The notes under the pieces: model-generated
The model's database searches: none
Seen by the model: the letters and a program-made list of their open reading frames with translations, nothing else
What the model was told of the DNA's origin: nothing
Shown: positions 46,316 through 58,008 of the stretch, piece after piece
Layout: each line of letters begins with the position of its first letter
Position numbering within the stretch: the stretch's first letter is position 1
Translations under genes and position numbers: made by a program
Source of the DNA: Thecamonas trahens ATCC 50062
Taxonomy: Eukaryota; Protista; Apusomonadida
DNA: 63,628 nucleotides
NCBI RefSeq assembly: GCF_000142905.1
Contig: NW_013657670.1
Location: 149,498 to 213,125, forward strand
Direction of reading: 5' to 3'

Positions 46316-48268
46316 ATGCTGCGGGCATTTGTTTGTTCCGCCGCCCGCCCTACCTCTGCTGCGTCCTCTCGTCGGTGGCAGACAGCGCTGGCTGCTCGTG
46401 GTGGGTCCGGGGCGGAACGGGCGGCTGCTCGGCTGACTGCCCTCCGTCAGCATAACGTGACCGATGTGCCGATGCTGCCACTGCCAGAGGTAGATGTGAC
46501 GCTGGCCAAGCTGAAGGAGTCAGTGAGAGTCTCTGCTGAGGGCACTGAGGGCGAGGGCGAGCTCAACAGCTTTTACGCGGCGGTGGATCGGTTTGTGGCC
46601 AGCGGTGCTGCAGCAGCGGCTCATGGCGAGATCCGCGATCTGGCGCGCGAGGTGGCGGCTAGGAACGGTGCTGGCTTTCCGGGCTCGTGGATTGAAAAGC
46701 TCTGGCTGGAGGCATACCTTAGTGATGGCAACCCGCTGCCCATCAACATCAACCCGCACTTTGTCCTCGACTCGGCGCCGTCGTCGGTGGCGGCGGCGTC
46801 GGCAGCGGCGACGGCGACCGGCATGCTCGACTGGTGGGCCGGCGTGCTCGCTGAGCCGCAGGCCCCAGGGGCATACATCCCGCTCGAGCGGCGGCCCGAG
46901 CTGATGGGCTCCATTGAGGTCTCAGCCTGGTCCAAGGTTATGGGCTTCGCCCGGCTGCCGCGGACCGAGGCGGCGCAACCCGACACGGCGCACGTGTACG
47001 ATCCGACGACTGACGGTGCCAAGCTCGGTGTTGTTTGCAACGGACACTACTACACGGTCGAACCGGTCATGGCGAGCGACTTTAGTGGTCCGATGCCTGT
47101 CGAGCTACTGGCACGGACGATGGAAGCCATCCAGGACGACGCCCACAGCCGGGCACCCGGCTGGGCGTCTGGCACTGAGGTCGGTGTCTTCACCGCCCTT
47201 CCGCGGCTGGAGTGGGGCATGTGGCGGGCGCGGTTTGCGGCGTCATCGCCCGCGGCGGCGGCCTTTCTTTCCGAGTGGGACTCGAGCCTCTTTGTTGTGG
47301 CCCTTGACAGCGCACCGCTCAGTGGACGGTCGATGATGCACGGCATGCCTGCTGCGGGCACGTTCAACCGCTGGTTCGACAAGATGCTTGTGGCTGCCGA
47401 TCCGAGCGGGCGCGTCGGCTTTAACTTTGAGCACTCGTTTCTCGACGGCATTGTGTGGAAGCACATGATTGACGCTGCGGCGCCCGAGCTGGGCGCACGT
47501 GCGCGCGCCTCGCGCAAACCTGGCGCCGGTCTCCCGTGGCAACGCCACGAGTTTACTCTTCCCCCCGAGCTCGCTGCTGACATGCGCAGGGCGCAAGAGG
47601 CCGCGGCTGCAAGTGCTGATAGCGTGCAGTTGGTAGAGATCGAGGACGAACGCGGCGCAGCGAGCCTTGCCAAGTCACTCGGTCTCTCGCCGGATGCATT
47701 TGTGCAGCTTGCGCTCCAGGCTACTTTTGCGGCCATGGAGCAGGGCATGGGCCGAGCCGGCAGTCTCCGCCCTGGCGTATACGAGGCCGCCACGATGCAG
47801 GGCTTCTGGCGCGGACGGACCGAGACCATCCGCTCACTGACCGAGGCTTCGGTTGCAGCAGTTTGGGGCGAGCCGCTGGCGTACTCGGGCGATGCCCTAC
47901 GTGCTGCCGGCCAAGCCCACACTGCAACGATCAAGGCGGCCATGGAAGGCGATGGCATCGACCGCCACCTGTACATGCTCCAGTCTGTGGCCGGTGACAA
48001 CGGCAACGAGCTCTTTTCCCACCCGCTGCTGACCAACGCCTCGCGCTGGCGAGTGTCGACCTCGAACATCTCCTCGCCTCATCTCGGCTTCATCGGCTTT
48101 GGCGCCGTCGATCCCGACGGCCTCGGCCTCGGCTACAACCAGTGCGCCGACGGCCTCCGCCTCGCCATCTCAGGCTTTAACGCCAGCGACGCTGTCAACG
48201 TCGACATCTTTGCCGGCATCTTTCCCTCTGTTCTCTCAGCCATGATCGACGCTCTCCGCAAGTCTTGA
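46316..48268 (+). CDS. Carnitine O-acyltransferase, CPT2-like, probable mitochondrial presequence
   Basis: PMLPLP, NRWFDK, FEHSFLDG (catalytic His), SPDAFVQLALQ, GRTETIRS, GIDRHL, STS; Arg/Ala/Ser-rich N-terminus. Confidence 0.9.
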   Translation: MLRAFVCSAARPTSAASSRRWQTALAARGGSGAERAAARLTALRQHNVTDVPMLPLPEVDVTLAKLKESVRVSAEGTEGEGELNSFYAAVDRFVASGAAAAAHGEIRDLAREVAARNGAGFPGSWIEKLWLEAYLSDGNPLPININPHFVLDSAPSSVAAASAAATATGMLDWWAGVLAEPQAPGAYIPLERRPELMGSIEVSAWSKVMGFARLPRTEAAQPDTAHVYDPTTDGAKLGVVCNGHYYTVEPVMASDFSGPMPVELLARTMEAIQDDAHSRAPGWASGTEVGVFTALPRLEWGMWRARFAASSPAAAAFLSEWDSSLFVVALDSAPLSGRSMMHGMPAAGTFNRWFDKMLVAADPSGRVGFNFEHSFLDGIVWKHMIDAAAPELGARARASRKPGAGLPWQRHEFTLPPELAADMRRAQEAAAASADSVQLVEIEDERGAASLAKSLGLSPDAFVQLALQATFAAMEQGMGRAGSLRPGVYEAATMQGFWRGRTETIRSLTEASVAAVWGEPLAYSGDALRAAGQAHTATIKAAMEGDGIDRHLYMLQSVAGDNGNELFSHPLLTNASRWRVSTSNISSPHLGFIGFGAVDPDGLGLGYNQCADGLRLAISGFNASDAVNVDIFAGIFPSVLSAMIDALRKS

Positions 48269-48354
48269 CGCGATGATCGTCCCATCGCCCCGCTACCGCC
48301 CAACAACCGAACCGAATGCCCCATTCCTTCCCCATCACCATCCATCCACCCGAC

Positions 48355-48428
48355 CGCACCACACCCGACCACACCCCACCACAGCACACCACACCACACC
48401 ACACCACACCACACCACACCACACCACA
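48355..48428 (+). repeat. (CACCA)n microsatellite just before HGH1 ATG
   Basis: Directly visible. Confidence 0.9.
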
Positions 48429-48435
48429 TCCAACC

Positions 48436-49787
48436 ATGGACTCGAATGCCCTGCTAGAGCTTGTGGACTTTCTCAATGACCCCAAGGCCGAGGTCCGAGC
48501 CATTGCGGCGGACCACCTGGCGCCGTACTGCGACGTGCCCGAGGCGAGGACGGTGCTCCTGGCCAAGCGCAAGGTCCTGCTCGAGCGACTGGGTGCCATG
48601 ATGGGCGATCTGACGCCCATTGCCCACAACGCCATGCGGGCGCTCATCAATCTCTCTGCAGAGACCGGAACCGAAGACAGCGACAAGCCGTCCGGACGCG
48701 TCGGCGAGTCGTGGTCCCGGGCCATGGTCCAGGTCGGCCTCGTCCCGCGCCTCCTCGAGGTTCTGCTTGATCCCGATGCTGTTATCTCTGAGCTCGCCGC
48801 CATGCTCCTCGCCAACTGCACCCGGACAGAGGCTGCTGTTCACGATCTGTTCGACGTGTGGAACACCGACTCGGCCCTGGAGATCGCCATCGTCAAGCTC
48901 GTCCGCGCCTTCCGCCTCAAGCACTTCCACAACCCAACGCTCCGCTCAACTTTCTCGCCTCGGTCTTCTCCAACATCACCCAGACCGTCGATGGCCGCAG
49001 GCTCTTCCTCAAGAAGGACGGCCTTCTCCTTGCCCAGCTCCTGCCCTTCCTCGACGATGAGTCAGTCATCCGCCGCGGCGGCATCCTCGGCACCGTCCGC
49101 AACCTTGTGTACGAGACTGACAAGCATCCCCTGCTGCTCGACCCTACTGGGCCCATCAATCTCCTGCCCAAGCTCCTCAAGCCGCTGATGGACAACCGCG
49201 TGCTCGAGGAGGACGACGTCGTCGGCATGCCGCTCGAAATCCGCCAGCTGCCCTACACACACCAGCGCGAGTCCGATCCCGAGCTCCGTCGCATGATCGT
49301 TGACACCCTGTTTTACCTCTCGCTCGAGGCTGACTCGCGCCAGATCCTCCTCGACTCCAAGGTCTATGTCGTTGTCCGCAACGCCCATGTCGACGAGGAG
49401 GACGAGGACGCCTCGCAGGCCATGTTCAAGCTCATCGACGTTCTCCTTCCCGAAATCGTCAAGGACGACCCGCTGCCGGGCGCGCCCTCGGCCTCGGGTG
49501 CCCTCACCGAGCTCGATCACGACCTTGCCACCGCCGGCCCGGAGACCACCTATGTTGTCGGCGACGACGCCTCCGACGACGACGACGACGACATCCTCCG
49601 CAACATCCAGCCGCTCGGCCTCGAGGCTGAGCCCGAGGCCGATCCCACCACCGCCGCCGACCCCGAGTCCGAGTCCACCGCAGCTGCCGCCACCGATCCC
49701 GCCCTCGCCCCCGACGACGACAGCGAGCTTGACGCCGAAGCCGTCTCCATGCTCGACAACAACGACGACGAGGACGACGTCGAGTAG
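48436..49787 (+). CDS. HGH1: HGH1 (eEF2 chaperone) homolog (-1 break at 48933-48935)
   Basis: ELVDFL..VRAIA..ALINLS..MLLANCTR; LASVFSNITQ..GRRLF..IRRGGILGTVRN..QRESDP..YVVVRNAH. Confidence 0.9.
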
Positions 49788-49857
49788 CCGTCGCCAAGCT
49801 CAGCAAACACATCATCACACCAGACTCTGCCACGCCATCGCTTGCCTGTTTACTGCT

Positions 49858-52800
49858 TTACTTGCCAGCTCCCCACTTGCTCGCCCACTTGTTGCGTCCG
49901 GTCTGTGACTCGTCGGCAGTCACGCCGTTCTGCTTGCCCGACTCACGGTGCTCGGCGCCACCCTTGGCCGAGTCGGCATCGGCGCCGTTCTCGGACTCGC
50001 TTCCGCCGTCACCGCCGCCAGCATCACCGTCGTCTTCGCCGTCGGTGACCTTGCCTCCGGTGGCCGGCGCTTCGCTCTCGGTCACGCCACCAGCCTTGCG
50101 CGGCTGCGCATCCTGCGGGCGCTCCCACGTCGTCTCGCGCGTCACGGTGTGCACAAAGTAGTTGTTGCCGGTCACGTCGTCGAACACCATCCGCCAGTCG
50201 GGAGGGAGGGGGACGCCGTCCTCGTCGACCTTGAGCACCTTTTTCTTGGACCGCCGCCGCGACTTCTTCTTGCTGCCGCTGCTGCCCAGAGTCGCGGCCG
50301 GCACGCCACCGTCGTCTCGGTCGCCAATCGCTGCTGCTTCGTCGGTCAAGCCCGAGACTACCGCTTCGGCCGTCTCGTCGTCTTCCATCACGCCTGAAGC
50401 ACGCTGCGGCATCGCCGCTAGCTGTGCAAGCTCGTGAAGCAGGACCTGTGCCGACGCCACGTCGGCTGACGCGTACCCGATCGCCGCCGCCAGCTCGACG
50501 CCATCCTTAAGCGCCTGTGCGTCGATACGCTTAAGCCCGCGGGTGAGAAGCGCCCGGACCGTCTCCAGTTGCGCCATCAGTTCCGACGCCGCCGCCAGCG
50601 CGGTTGTCAGCGCCGGCGACCGCACGCCCGACAGCCGGATCCGGGTCAGCAGCGAACGCAGCGGCCGCTCAGAGTCGTTGAGCGCGTCGACCATGGCGCC
50701 CTGCAGCGCGCTCACGTATTGCGCCGCAGACCGGCCCTGCGCAAGCTCCGACTTGGCAAACGCCGCTGCAGCTTCTTGTGTCTCGGCTGTGTCGAGCCCG
50801 TGCGAGCCAGCCACACCCAGAATGGCCTCCACATCCGACCATGCTCCGGCGCTCACCGCAGACCGGAGCTCGGCCAGGATACCCACATGCACCACCAGCT
50901 GCGTGTCCCGCGTCTCGGTGAAACCAAACGAGGACGCGGTCTCCACCAATGCATCCAGCTCGGAACCAGCCGGTGACGTCTCCGGCGCCATCGCCTTGAT
51001 AAGCTGCGCCCGCAGCGACTTGTGCTGCGAGAGCACCTTGCCTGCCGAGATGAGGAGCGCGCCCCACGATGACCAGATCGAGACGCCCATGCCCAGCTTG
51101 GCCGCAGCATCCAGCCCGGCCCGCAGGCCTGAGAGCGACCGGTTGAGCATCGCTTCCTCCAGCGACTCCGCCACCGGTGCCATCGTCTGCCGAAGCTCCA
51201 TCCCCGCCGCAATGGCTCCGCCCTCGCTCGTCTCCTGCAGCGCAAGGTAGGCATAGTCCTCGCCGAGGAACGGCTCGATGGCGTCAAAGTCGCGAGCCTC
51301 TACCGCCAGCCGCATCGCCAGTAGCGCAGACGCCCGCTCTTCGAGCACAAGGTCACCCTCGTCACGGAGCTCGAGCGCCTCGTACATGTCCAGCGCGGCA
51401 TAGAGCTCCGCAGACGGGCCAACCCCAGACGCGATCGTAGGTGCCACCTTCATCGCCTCCATCAGCTCGTTTCGCACCGCCTCGTACTTGGCCCGGAAAG
51501 CTACAGCGTCTGCCACGGCGCCGCCCCACGACGACCACGGCGACGAGTCAAGTCCAAGCCGCCGCGCAACCTCCAGACCCTCATCGACGGCCGCCATGTC
51601 TCGCGCGGCGAGCGCGTCGCTCAGGAATACCGCCACCGTCTTCATCTTCTTCCGCAGCTTGAGCATCTCGCGCGCAGAGACAAGCTCGGGGTGCATCTCA
51701 CGGCCCGAGCCAGGTGCCGCGCCGACCTCAAACCCGAGCTCGCGGGCGACAGCGACAACCTTGGCGATCTTGGCAAACTTTCCGCGCGCCAGTGCCTTGC
51801 GCTTGGTCAGCACCAGCTGCGCCGCCTCAACCAGCGCCGCATCGGCCGCCGCCGCAAATCCAAAGGCGCTCGCCTTGCGAAGCGCAGAGTCGAGCTCCGC
51901 GATGTGCACCTGCGTCGTCCGCGCAAGCTCCGTTCCAGCCGCCAGTGTTGCCGCCTCGAGTGCCGCCGCCGAGTCGTCAGCAGCATCGTCGGCCGCCACC
52001 GCCGCTGCGCTCGCGTCCACGCTGCGGTCAGGGTAGAGTGCGGACCTGAGGAGCTTGACAAGGACTTCGTACTTGCGGAGTACGTTGGTTGCTTCTGCCA
52101 CGTCGTCGTGCCACGACGACCACACCGAGTCGCCCATGTTGAGCGCCGCGGCGTCGACCAGCAGCGCGGCGAGCGCCACACCATCGTGCTTCTTCACAGC
52201 CCGGGCCAGCTTACCAGCCAGCCGCGCCATCTCGGCCCGCAAATCCACAATGTCCGCCGCAGCTTCGATCTCCGGTGAGACGAGGTCGTACTTGTACGCC
52301 CGTGACACGGCCTTGGTAACTGCATCAAACTCGGCGTGTGCGAGGCCGACACGGATTTGGAGCGTAAACTTGGCCTCGCCGATGAGCATGAGGTCGCCCT
52401 CCATTGCAAAGCCAAACTCACGCGCGTCGAGCAGCGCGCCCTGCAGGCCCTCGATGTCGCCGTGCGTGCCCGGCCCCAGGTGCGCGAGGAGGCCCGAGGT
52501 AACCTCTCGGTGCCGCGCCACAAGCGCAGCTGCCTCGGGAATGAGATCGTGCCACGACGACCAGAGCGAGTCCTCCATGTCGAGCTCGAGCGCTTTGGCC
52601 AGCGACTCTTCCATCCCGCGCAGATAGCGGTCGGCCATCGACTCGGTGAGATAGTCGGCCACAACAGACATGAGCCGGCGGAGCGAGAGTCCGCGCGCCG
52701 CCGCATCGAGCTCGTGGTGCTTGATGCCTGCCCGCTTGGCGTCGCCTACGATGTCTGCCAACTCCTCAAAGTCCTGGTCGGCAATGGCCTCGCGAGTCTG

Positions 52801-55800
52801 CAACACAAACTGGCCCTTGTCGACAAGCTCGAGGTCTTCTGCCGCCACGAATCCGTACGAGGCCGCAGCCTCGAGCGCCGCTCGCAGCGGGCCGAGTCGC
52901 CGGTCGCCGTAGGGTGAGAGCGCTGCGTTCACCGTCTCTACGATAAACTCGTGCTGCGCCAGCGCGTCACCGGCGTCCTCCATCAGCCCGATCCACGACG
53001 ACCAGAGCGAGGAGGCCATGCCCAGCGCGTCGCCCTGTGCCAGCGCCCCACGGAGCGCCGGAGCGCTCTTTGCCTCCATCGCGCTCCGCAGCGAGCCGGC
53101 CACCTTGTGCATCTTCTTCCGCAGCTCCAAACCCTCAGCGGCTGCCACAACGTCTTGCGAGCTCTCCAGCCCGAGGTCGCGAGCAGCAGCGACGTGCTTG
53201 CCAAGCGCAGTCCAGTCGGCGCCGGCAATGGCGGTCCGCAGCGCAAGCGTGGTTTCCACCTGTGCCAGCAGCTCGCGGCCGGCCGGCGTCTTCACCCGCG
53301 CTCCGCGCAGCTTGGCCAGCGCCGCAGAGAGCGGCGCCGTCGACGCCACGATGGCGTCCAGCGCGTCAGCCGATGCGCCAGCAAGTGGCGACGCTGCAGA
53401 GAGGACTGAGGAAACTGAAGCAAGCAGCTTTTCTTCGGCGGCAATGGCTTTGAGCGCCACGTCCGCTGGCCCGGTGAGCGACGAGACGTCGAGACCGAGC
53501 GAAGCTGCCACTGAGAGGCCCTTGGTGATGCGCTCACGGTCATGGTCGGCCGTGCCGTCGACAATGTCCTTGAGTGCCTGCTTGCGGACGTGAATCGAGG
53601 CCACGTTGGCACGGAGCGTTTCGAGCTCCGGCAGCGCCAGCGCGTACTTGTCGGCTTTGCCGATGACGCTCATGATCTGCTCGTAATGGCTCTCCGGGTC
53701 CTTGTCGACGAGCGCGGCGGCCAGGACCGAGAGCTCAGCCTCATCCTCGAGCTGGACGCAGAGAGCCTCCGCAGTGTCGGTGATGCCGAGCTGGAACCAC
53801 ATGGCGCGGGCGGCGTTGACCGCCGGGCGGAGCTTGGCCAGCTGCCGCGTCGCCATGGCGTCCTTAAGCTGGAGGTACACGCTACGCATGGCGGCGTACA
53901 GCGTTCGCGCGCGGAAGCCGCGGAAGACCCGCTGGATGGAGAGCGCCGCCTTGGTCAGCGCCAGCGACCGCTTGATCTCGAGCACATTGTGGGCGGCGGC
54001 GCGGTAGAGCACCCGAGTCCGCCCGATCTGGATGTCAGGCGACGACGAGAGCGCCGGTGAGGCGGCGGCGATGATCTCGCCGCAGATCTGAGCCGGTGCG
54101 CCGACCCGGTTGAAGCTGTTGAACATGCCGTAGCGCCCGATGAACGCAGCGTGGGCGAGCCGCCACGGATAGCCGGTCTGCCGGATGGCGACGGCTTCAA
54201 AGACTCCAGCGTAGCGGAGCTGCATGAGGCAGTCGTGGCCGTCCCACACCGCAGGCTTCTTCACCGAGTTGGGCTTGATGCACCGCACATAGTGCGGCTC
54301 GGTCGCGTTGAGCTCCTCCATGAGGTCGTTGAGTTGAGTCCGGAACTGGGCGCCGATCGACTTTTTGCGGTTCGACGCCGCAGAGTCGCGCGCAGTGGCA
54401 AAGAGCGACTTGAGAAAATCGGACGTCGAGGCCGTAACCAGCGTCAGCAAGTCATCCTCCAGCCGGTCCTTGTTCTTTTCCACAAACCCAGTCGCGTCGT
54501 ATGCGACTGCGCCGGCGTAGTGGTGGACGGTAAAGCCCGAAGCGACCGAGAGCGCGCGGCCGAACCGCTCCGACTTGCCCTCGTGCTTGGTGAGGAGCTT
54601 GTCGACAAAGCGGGCGTCCGAACCCGACGGCGCGAGCACCTCCTCGTCGAGAACATGCAGGATGCCGGCCGGTTTGCCCTCGATGAGGTCAAGGCACGGC
54701 TGGTTGTCGACAAAAGTAACAGCGGTGTACGAGATGCCCTCAGCAGCATAGAGCTGCTGCTCGAGCTTAAAGGTGTGCTGGTTAAAGTGCTGCTGCAGCT
54801 TCTCGTTGGTGTAGTTGATGCAGAGCTGCTCAAACGAGTTGGTCTCGAAAATCTCAAAGCCGAAGATGTCCAGAATGCCGACCGAGGCCGCGACCGAGGC
54901 GTCGGGCGGCGCGGCAATCGAGGCGTTGACTGAGGTGACCAGCCAGTCAAAGAGCAGCGAGTAGAGCGACTTGGCAAGCGCGTCGCGGTTGTTGGCCGCG
55001 TCGGCCGGTGAGAGCGGGACCAGCACCGTCTCACGCCGCGCCATGCGCAGCGCCCGCACAGTGCATGCTTGCTCGAGCGCGTCCTCGGCGACGCCCAGTA
55101 GACGGGCGGCATGGCCGAGCGGAGCCCGCGAGGCCACCGCAGATGCGCCCTCTGCCGCACCGGGCACAAACTCGAGGTTACCGAGGTGCAGGACGGCGGC
55201 AACGAGCGAGAGCACAGGCTCGACCACGTCGGCCATGCCCATCTCGGAAAACGCGTCCATGACCTCGGCAAAGTTGGCGGCGTCGGACCAGTGCTTGGCG
55301 GCAATGGTCGTCGTCGTCGAGGTGTAGGCAAACGACGACGGCGGGCCGAGGCCAAGCTGCTTCCTGAGCGCCGGCGGCGCAGCAACACACAGCTCGTAGA
55401 AGATGTGGTAGTTGCGCTCGCCGGGCGCCTGCTGCGTCACACGCGACTTTTCGAGCAAGTAGTTGGTGATGTTGGCGCCGACGATGGCCCGCGAGTCGTC
55501 AAAAAACACCTCCATCCACTTGCCAAACCGCGATGAGTTGTAGTTGCGGAGCGTGGCGGCGTTGCCAAACGCCTCCAGCAGCGGGTTGGCCTTGAGCAGC
55601 CGCGACTCGACGCCGTCGACCGACGAGCCGGCCACGTGTGCCAGGTACCGCAGTGCTTGCTTGGTTGCTTCGGTCTTACCGGCGCCAGACTCGCCCGAAA
55701 TAAGAATCGATTGGTTTGGCGGCGAGCCGTTGGTCAGCGCGTCCGACATGGCGGTGTATGCGTTGGCGGCAATGGCAAAAATGTGCGGCGGGAGCGGAGC

Positions 55801-56471
55801 CGACGACGCCGGCGCCGCCGCAGCCGCTCTGTACGACTCCATGACATCGGTCCCGTAGATCTTGAACCACTTGTACGGGTTGACCACGATGAGAATCGAG
55901 CCGATGTTGGTGTAGATCACGTCGCGCTTGAACCGCGACGCGAGGTTGTGGAGAATGATGCCCTCATCAATAACGCCCATCTGCACCAAGTCGTCGTGAT
56001 CAGCCCGCAGTGCCGCCCGCCGCAGCGGATAGCACGGTTGCGCGCCTGACCGCCGCGCCGAGGCCTTGATCCGGACCTGCCTGCCGAGCTCGGTCTCCAC
56101 CAGCTCTGGCGCGTCGATGGAGCCCTCGAGGACTCTTCCCGGCAGAAAGCCATGCTTGGCATCAGCCACCCAAACGTAGTCATCGGTCTCTATTGAGTCC
56201 ATCGCCGAAGCCAGACACGCCGGTTGCTCCGTCTGAGTCACGTCCAGCGCCGCATTGTAGTAGTACGTCAGTCCGTCCTCCGTCGTCAACTGCTCCCATG
56301 CCGACGGCACATCCCACGGTGCCGTAGACGGCAGCTTTCCCAAACTGAACTCCCCCCCCCTCCATGTGTGTGTGAGTGTGTGTGTGTGTGTGCGTGTTTG
56401 CGTAGCATAGTGGTGGTGGTGGTAGCAGGGTAGGTGGTGGTGGTGGGACGGCAAGCGGTGACGTACGACAT
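49858..56471 (-). CDS. Unconventional myosin: N-terminal WW, motor, IQ, long helical-repeat tail, C-terminal WW; exon 1 = 56471-56467, exon 2 from 56344
   Basis: WEQLTTEDGLTYYYN; GESGAGKT; LEAFGNA..NSSRFGK; DIFGFE; IQRVFRG; PPDWRMVFD..YFVHTVTRETTWERP. Intron GTACGT(56466)..TTCAG(56345) gives in-frame MSLGKLP (predicted). Confidence 0.92.
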
Positions 56472-56603
56472 GTGACTGGGGGGGAAGGGGGGGGGGGGGG
56501 GGGGGGGGGAAGGGTGGAGGGTGAAGGGTGAGGGAGGGTGGAGTGCACCCCAGGGTGTGTAGAGGTAGGGTGGAGTGGGGTGAAGAGAAAGGTGGCTGTG
56601 GGC

Positions 56604-56656
56604 GTGACCCGTGGCCCGTGGCCCGTGGCCCGTGGCCCGTGGCCCGTGGCCCGTGG
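56604..56656. repeat. (GTGGCCC)n heptamer repeat in the myosin/RAE1 divergent intergenic region
   Basis: Directly visible. Confidence 0.9.
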
Positions 56657-56870
56657 TCATAGTCGTCGTGGTCGTGGTCGTGGCCGAAGCTGTCGTTGGT
56701 CGTGGTTGGTGAGGCCATCATGCCTCATGGAATTTGGTGACTCACTGGTTGGTTGGCTGGGTGAGTGGCTGGCGGAGCGGGTGACTCGCTGGCTGGCTGG
56801 CTGGCTGCCACTCGGCAGAGTGATCAATGCGACTTGGCGGGAGGGCGGTCATCGAAGGATACGCGCACGC

Positions 56871-56903
56871 GGGGGTAGGGGTAGGGGTAGGGGTAGGGGT
56901 AGG
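56871..56903 (+). repeat. (GGGGTA)5 G-quadruplex-capable repeat upstream of RAE1
   Basis: Directly visible. Confidence 0.9.
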
Positions 56904-56964
56904 TGCAGGGGGGTTCATAAGGCAGAACTTGACTCTTGCAGAGCAAGGGTGGGACTTGTAGAGG

Positions 56965-57969
56965 ATGAACCGGAGCAACCCGAACAATGACTATGAGGTG
57001 GCGTCGCCTCCGTCGGACGGGGTGTCGACGCTGTCGTGGTCGCCGGCGGCGGAGCACCTCGCGGCGGGGGCTTGGGACGGATGTGTGAGGGTGTGGGAGG
57101 TGCTCAACACCGGGGCCACCAACCCGCTTGCCGAGCAGACGCACCAGGCGCCGGTGCTGGCTACGGCGTGGGACGAGCAGGGCGGGCGGCTGTTCTCGGG
57201 CGGGTGCGACAACGCGGTCATGGGCTGGGACCTTGGCGCCAATGAGTTTACCCAAGTCGGGGCCCACGACGGCCCGGTCTCGGACATGTTCTGGTGCGCC
57301 TCGCTCAACACGCTGGTCACCGCCTCGTGGGACGCCACCCTTCGCTTCTGGGACTTCCGCCAGCCGCAGCCGGTCTGCTCGCACAAGATGCCCGAGCGTG
57401 TCCGCTGCATGTCGCACTCGGGCATGCTCTGTGTCGCCGCCTGCGCCCTTGGCACCGACAAGCCCATGGTGCTCTTCGATCTCCGCACCCCGCAGCAGAT
57501 CTACGGCGCCACCCCGTCGCCGCTCAAGTACCAGACTCGCTCGATTGACTGCTTCATCGACGGCTCGGGCTACGCCGCAGGCTCCATCGAGGGCCGCGTC
57601 GCCGTCCGCTACATCGACGGCAACGACGACTCGAACTTTGCCTTCAAGTGCCACCGCAACACCCGAAACAACCACATCTTTGCCGTCAACTCGATCAGCT
57701 TCCACCCGCGCTTCGGCACCCTTGCCACCGCAGGCTCCGACGGCCAATACCTGTTCTGGGACAAGGACTCGCGCCAGCGCCTCAAGGCCTTCAAGCAGGC
57801 CCAGAACTCCATCTCGGCCTCCTCCTTCAACCGCGACGGCTCCATCTACGCCTACGCCGTCTCCTACGACTGGTCCAAGGGTGCTGCCTCCTACAAGCAG
57901 AACGAGGGCTCCTGGATCTACCTCCACCCGACTCCCGACGATGAGATTCGGAGCCGCCCGCGCAAGTAA
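56965..57969 (+). CDS. RAE1: mRNA export factor RAE1/Gle2 (WD40)
   Basis: NPNNDYEVASPPSDGVS..SPLKYQTR..GSIEGRVAV..FAFKCHR..FWDKDSRQRLK..AVSYDWSKG. Confidence 0.92.
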   Translation: MNRSNPNNDYEVASPPSDGVSTLSWSPAAEHLAAGAWDGCVRVWEVLNTGATNPLAEQTHQAPVLATAWDEQGGRLFSGGCDNAVMGWDLGANEFTQVGAHDGPVSDMFWCASLNTLVTASWDATLRFWDFRQPQPVCSHKMPERVRCMSHSGMLCVAACALGTDKPMVLFDLRTPQQIYGATPSPLKYQTRSIDCFIDGSGYAAGSIEGRVAVRYIDGNDDSNFAFKCHRNTRNNHIFAVNSISFHPRFGTLATAGSDGQYLFWDKDSRQRLKAFKQAQNSISASSFNRDGSIYAYAVSYDWSKGAASYKQNEGSWIYLHPTPDDEIRSRPRK

Positions 57970-58008
57970 AAATATGCTCCCTGTGCCTTCAATACGACGT
58001 GCTTTGAG

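Noticed and set aside
6383-55858. Many long antisense or alternative-frame ORFs (e.g. 6383-7339, 13388-15076, 26499-28256)
   Set aside because: Shadow ORFs of GC3-rich genes with no domain motifs
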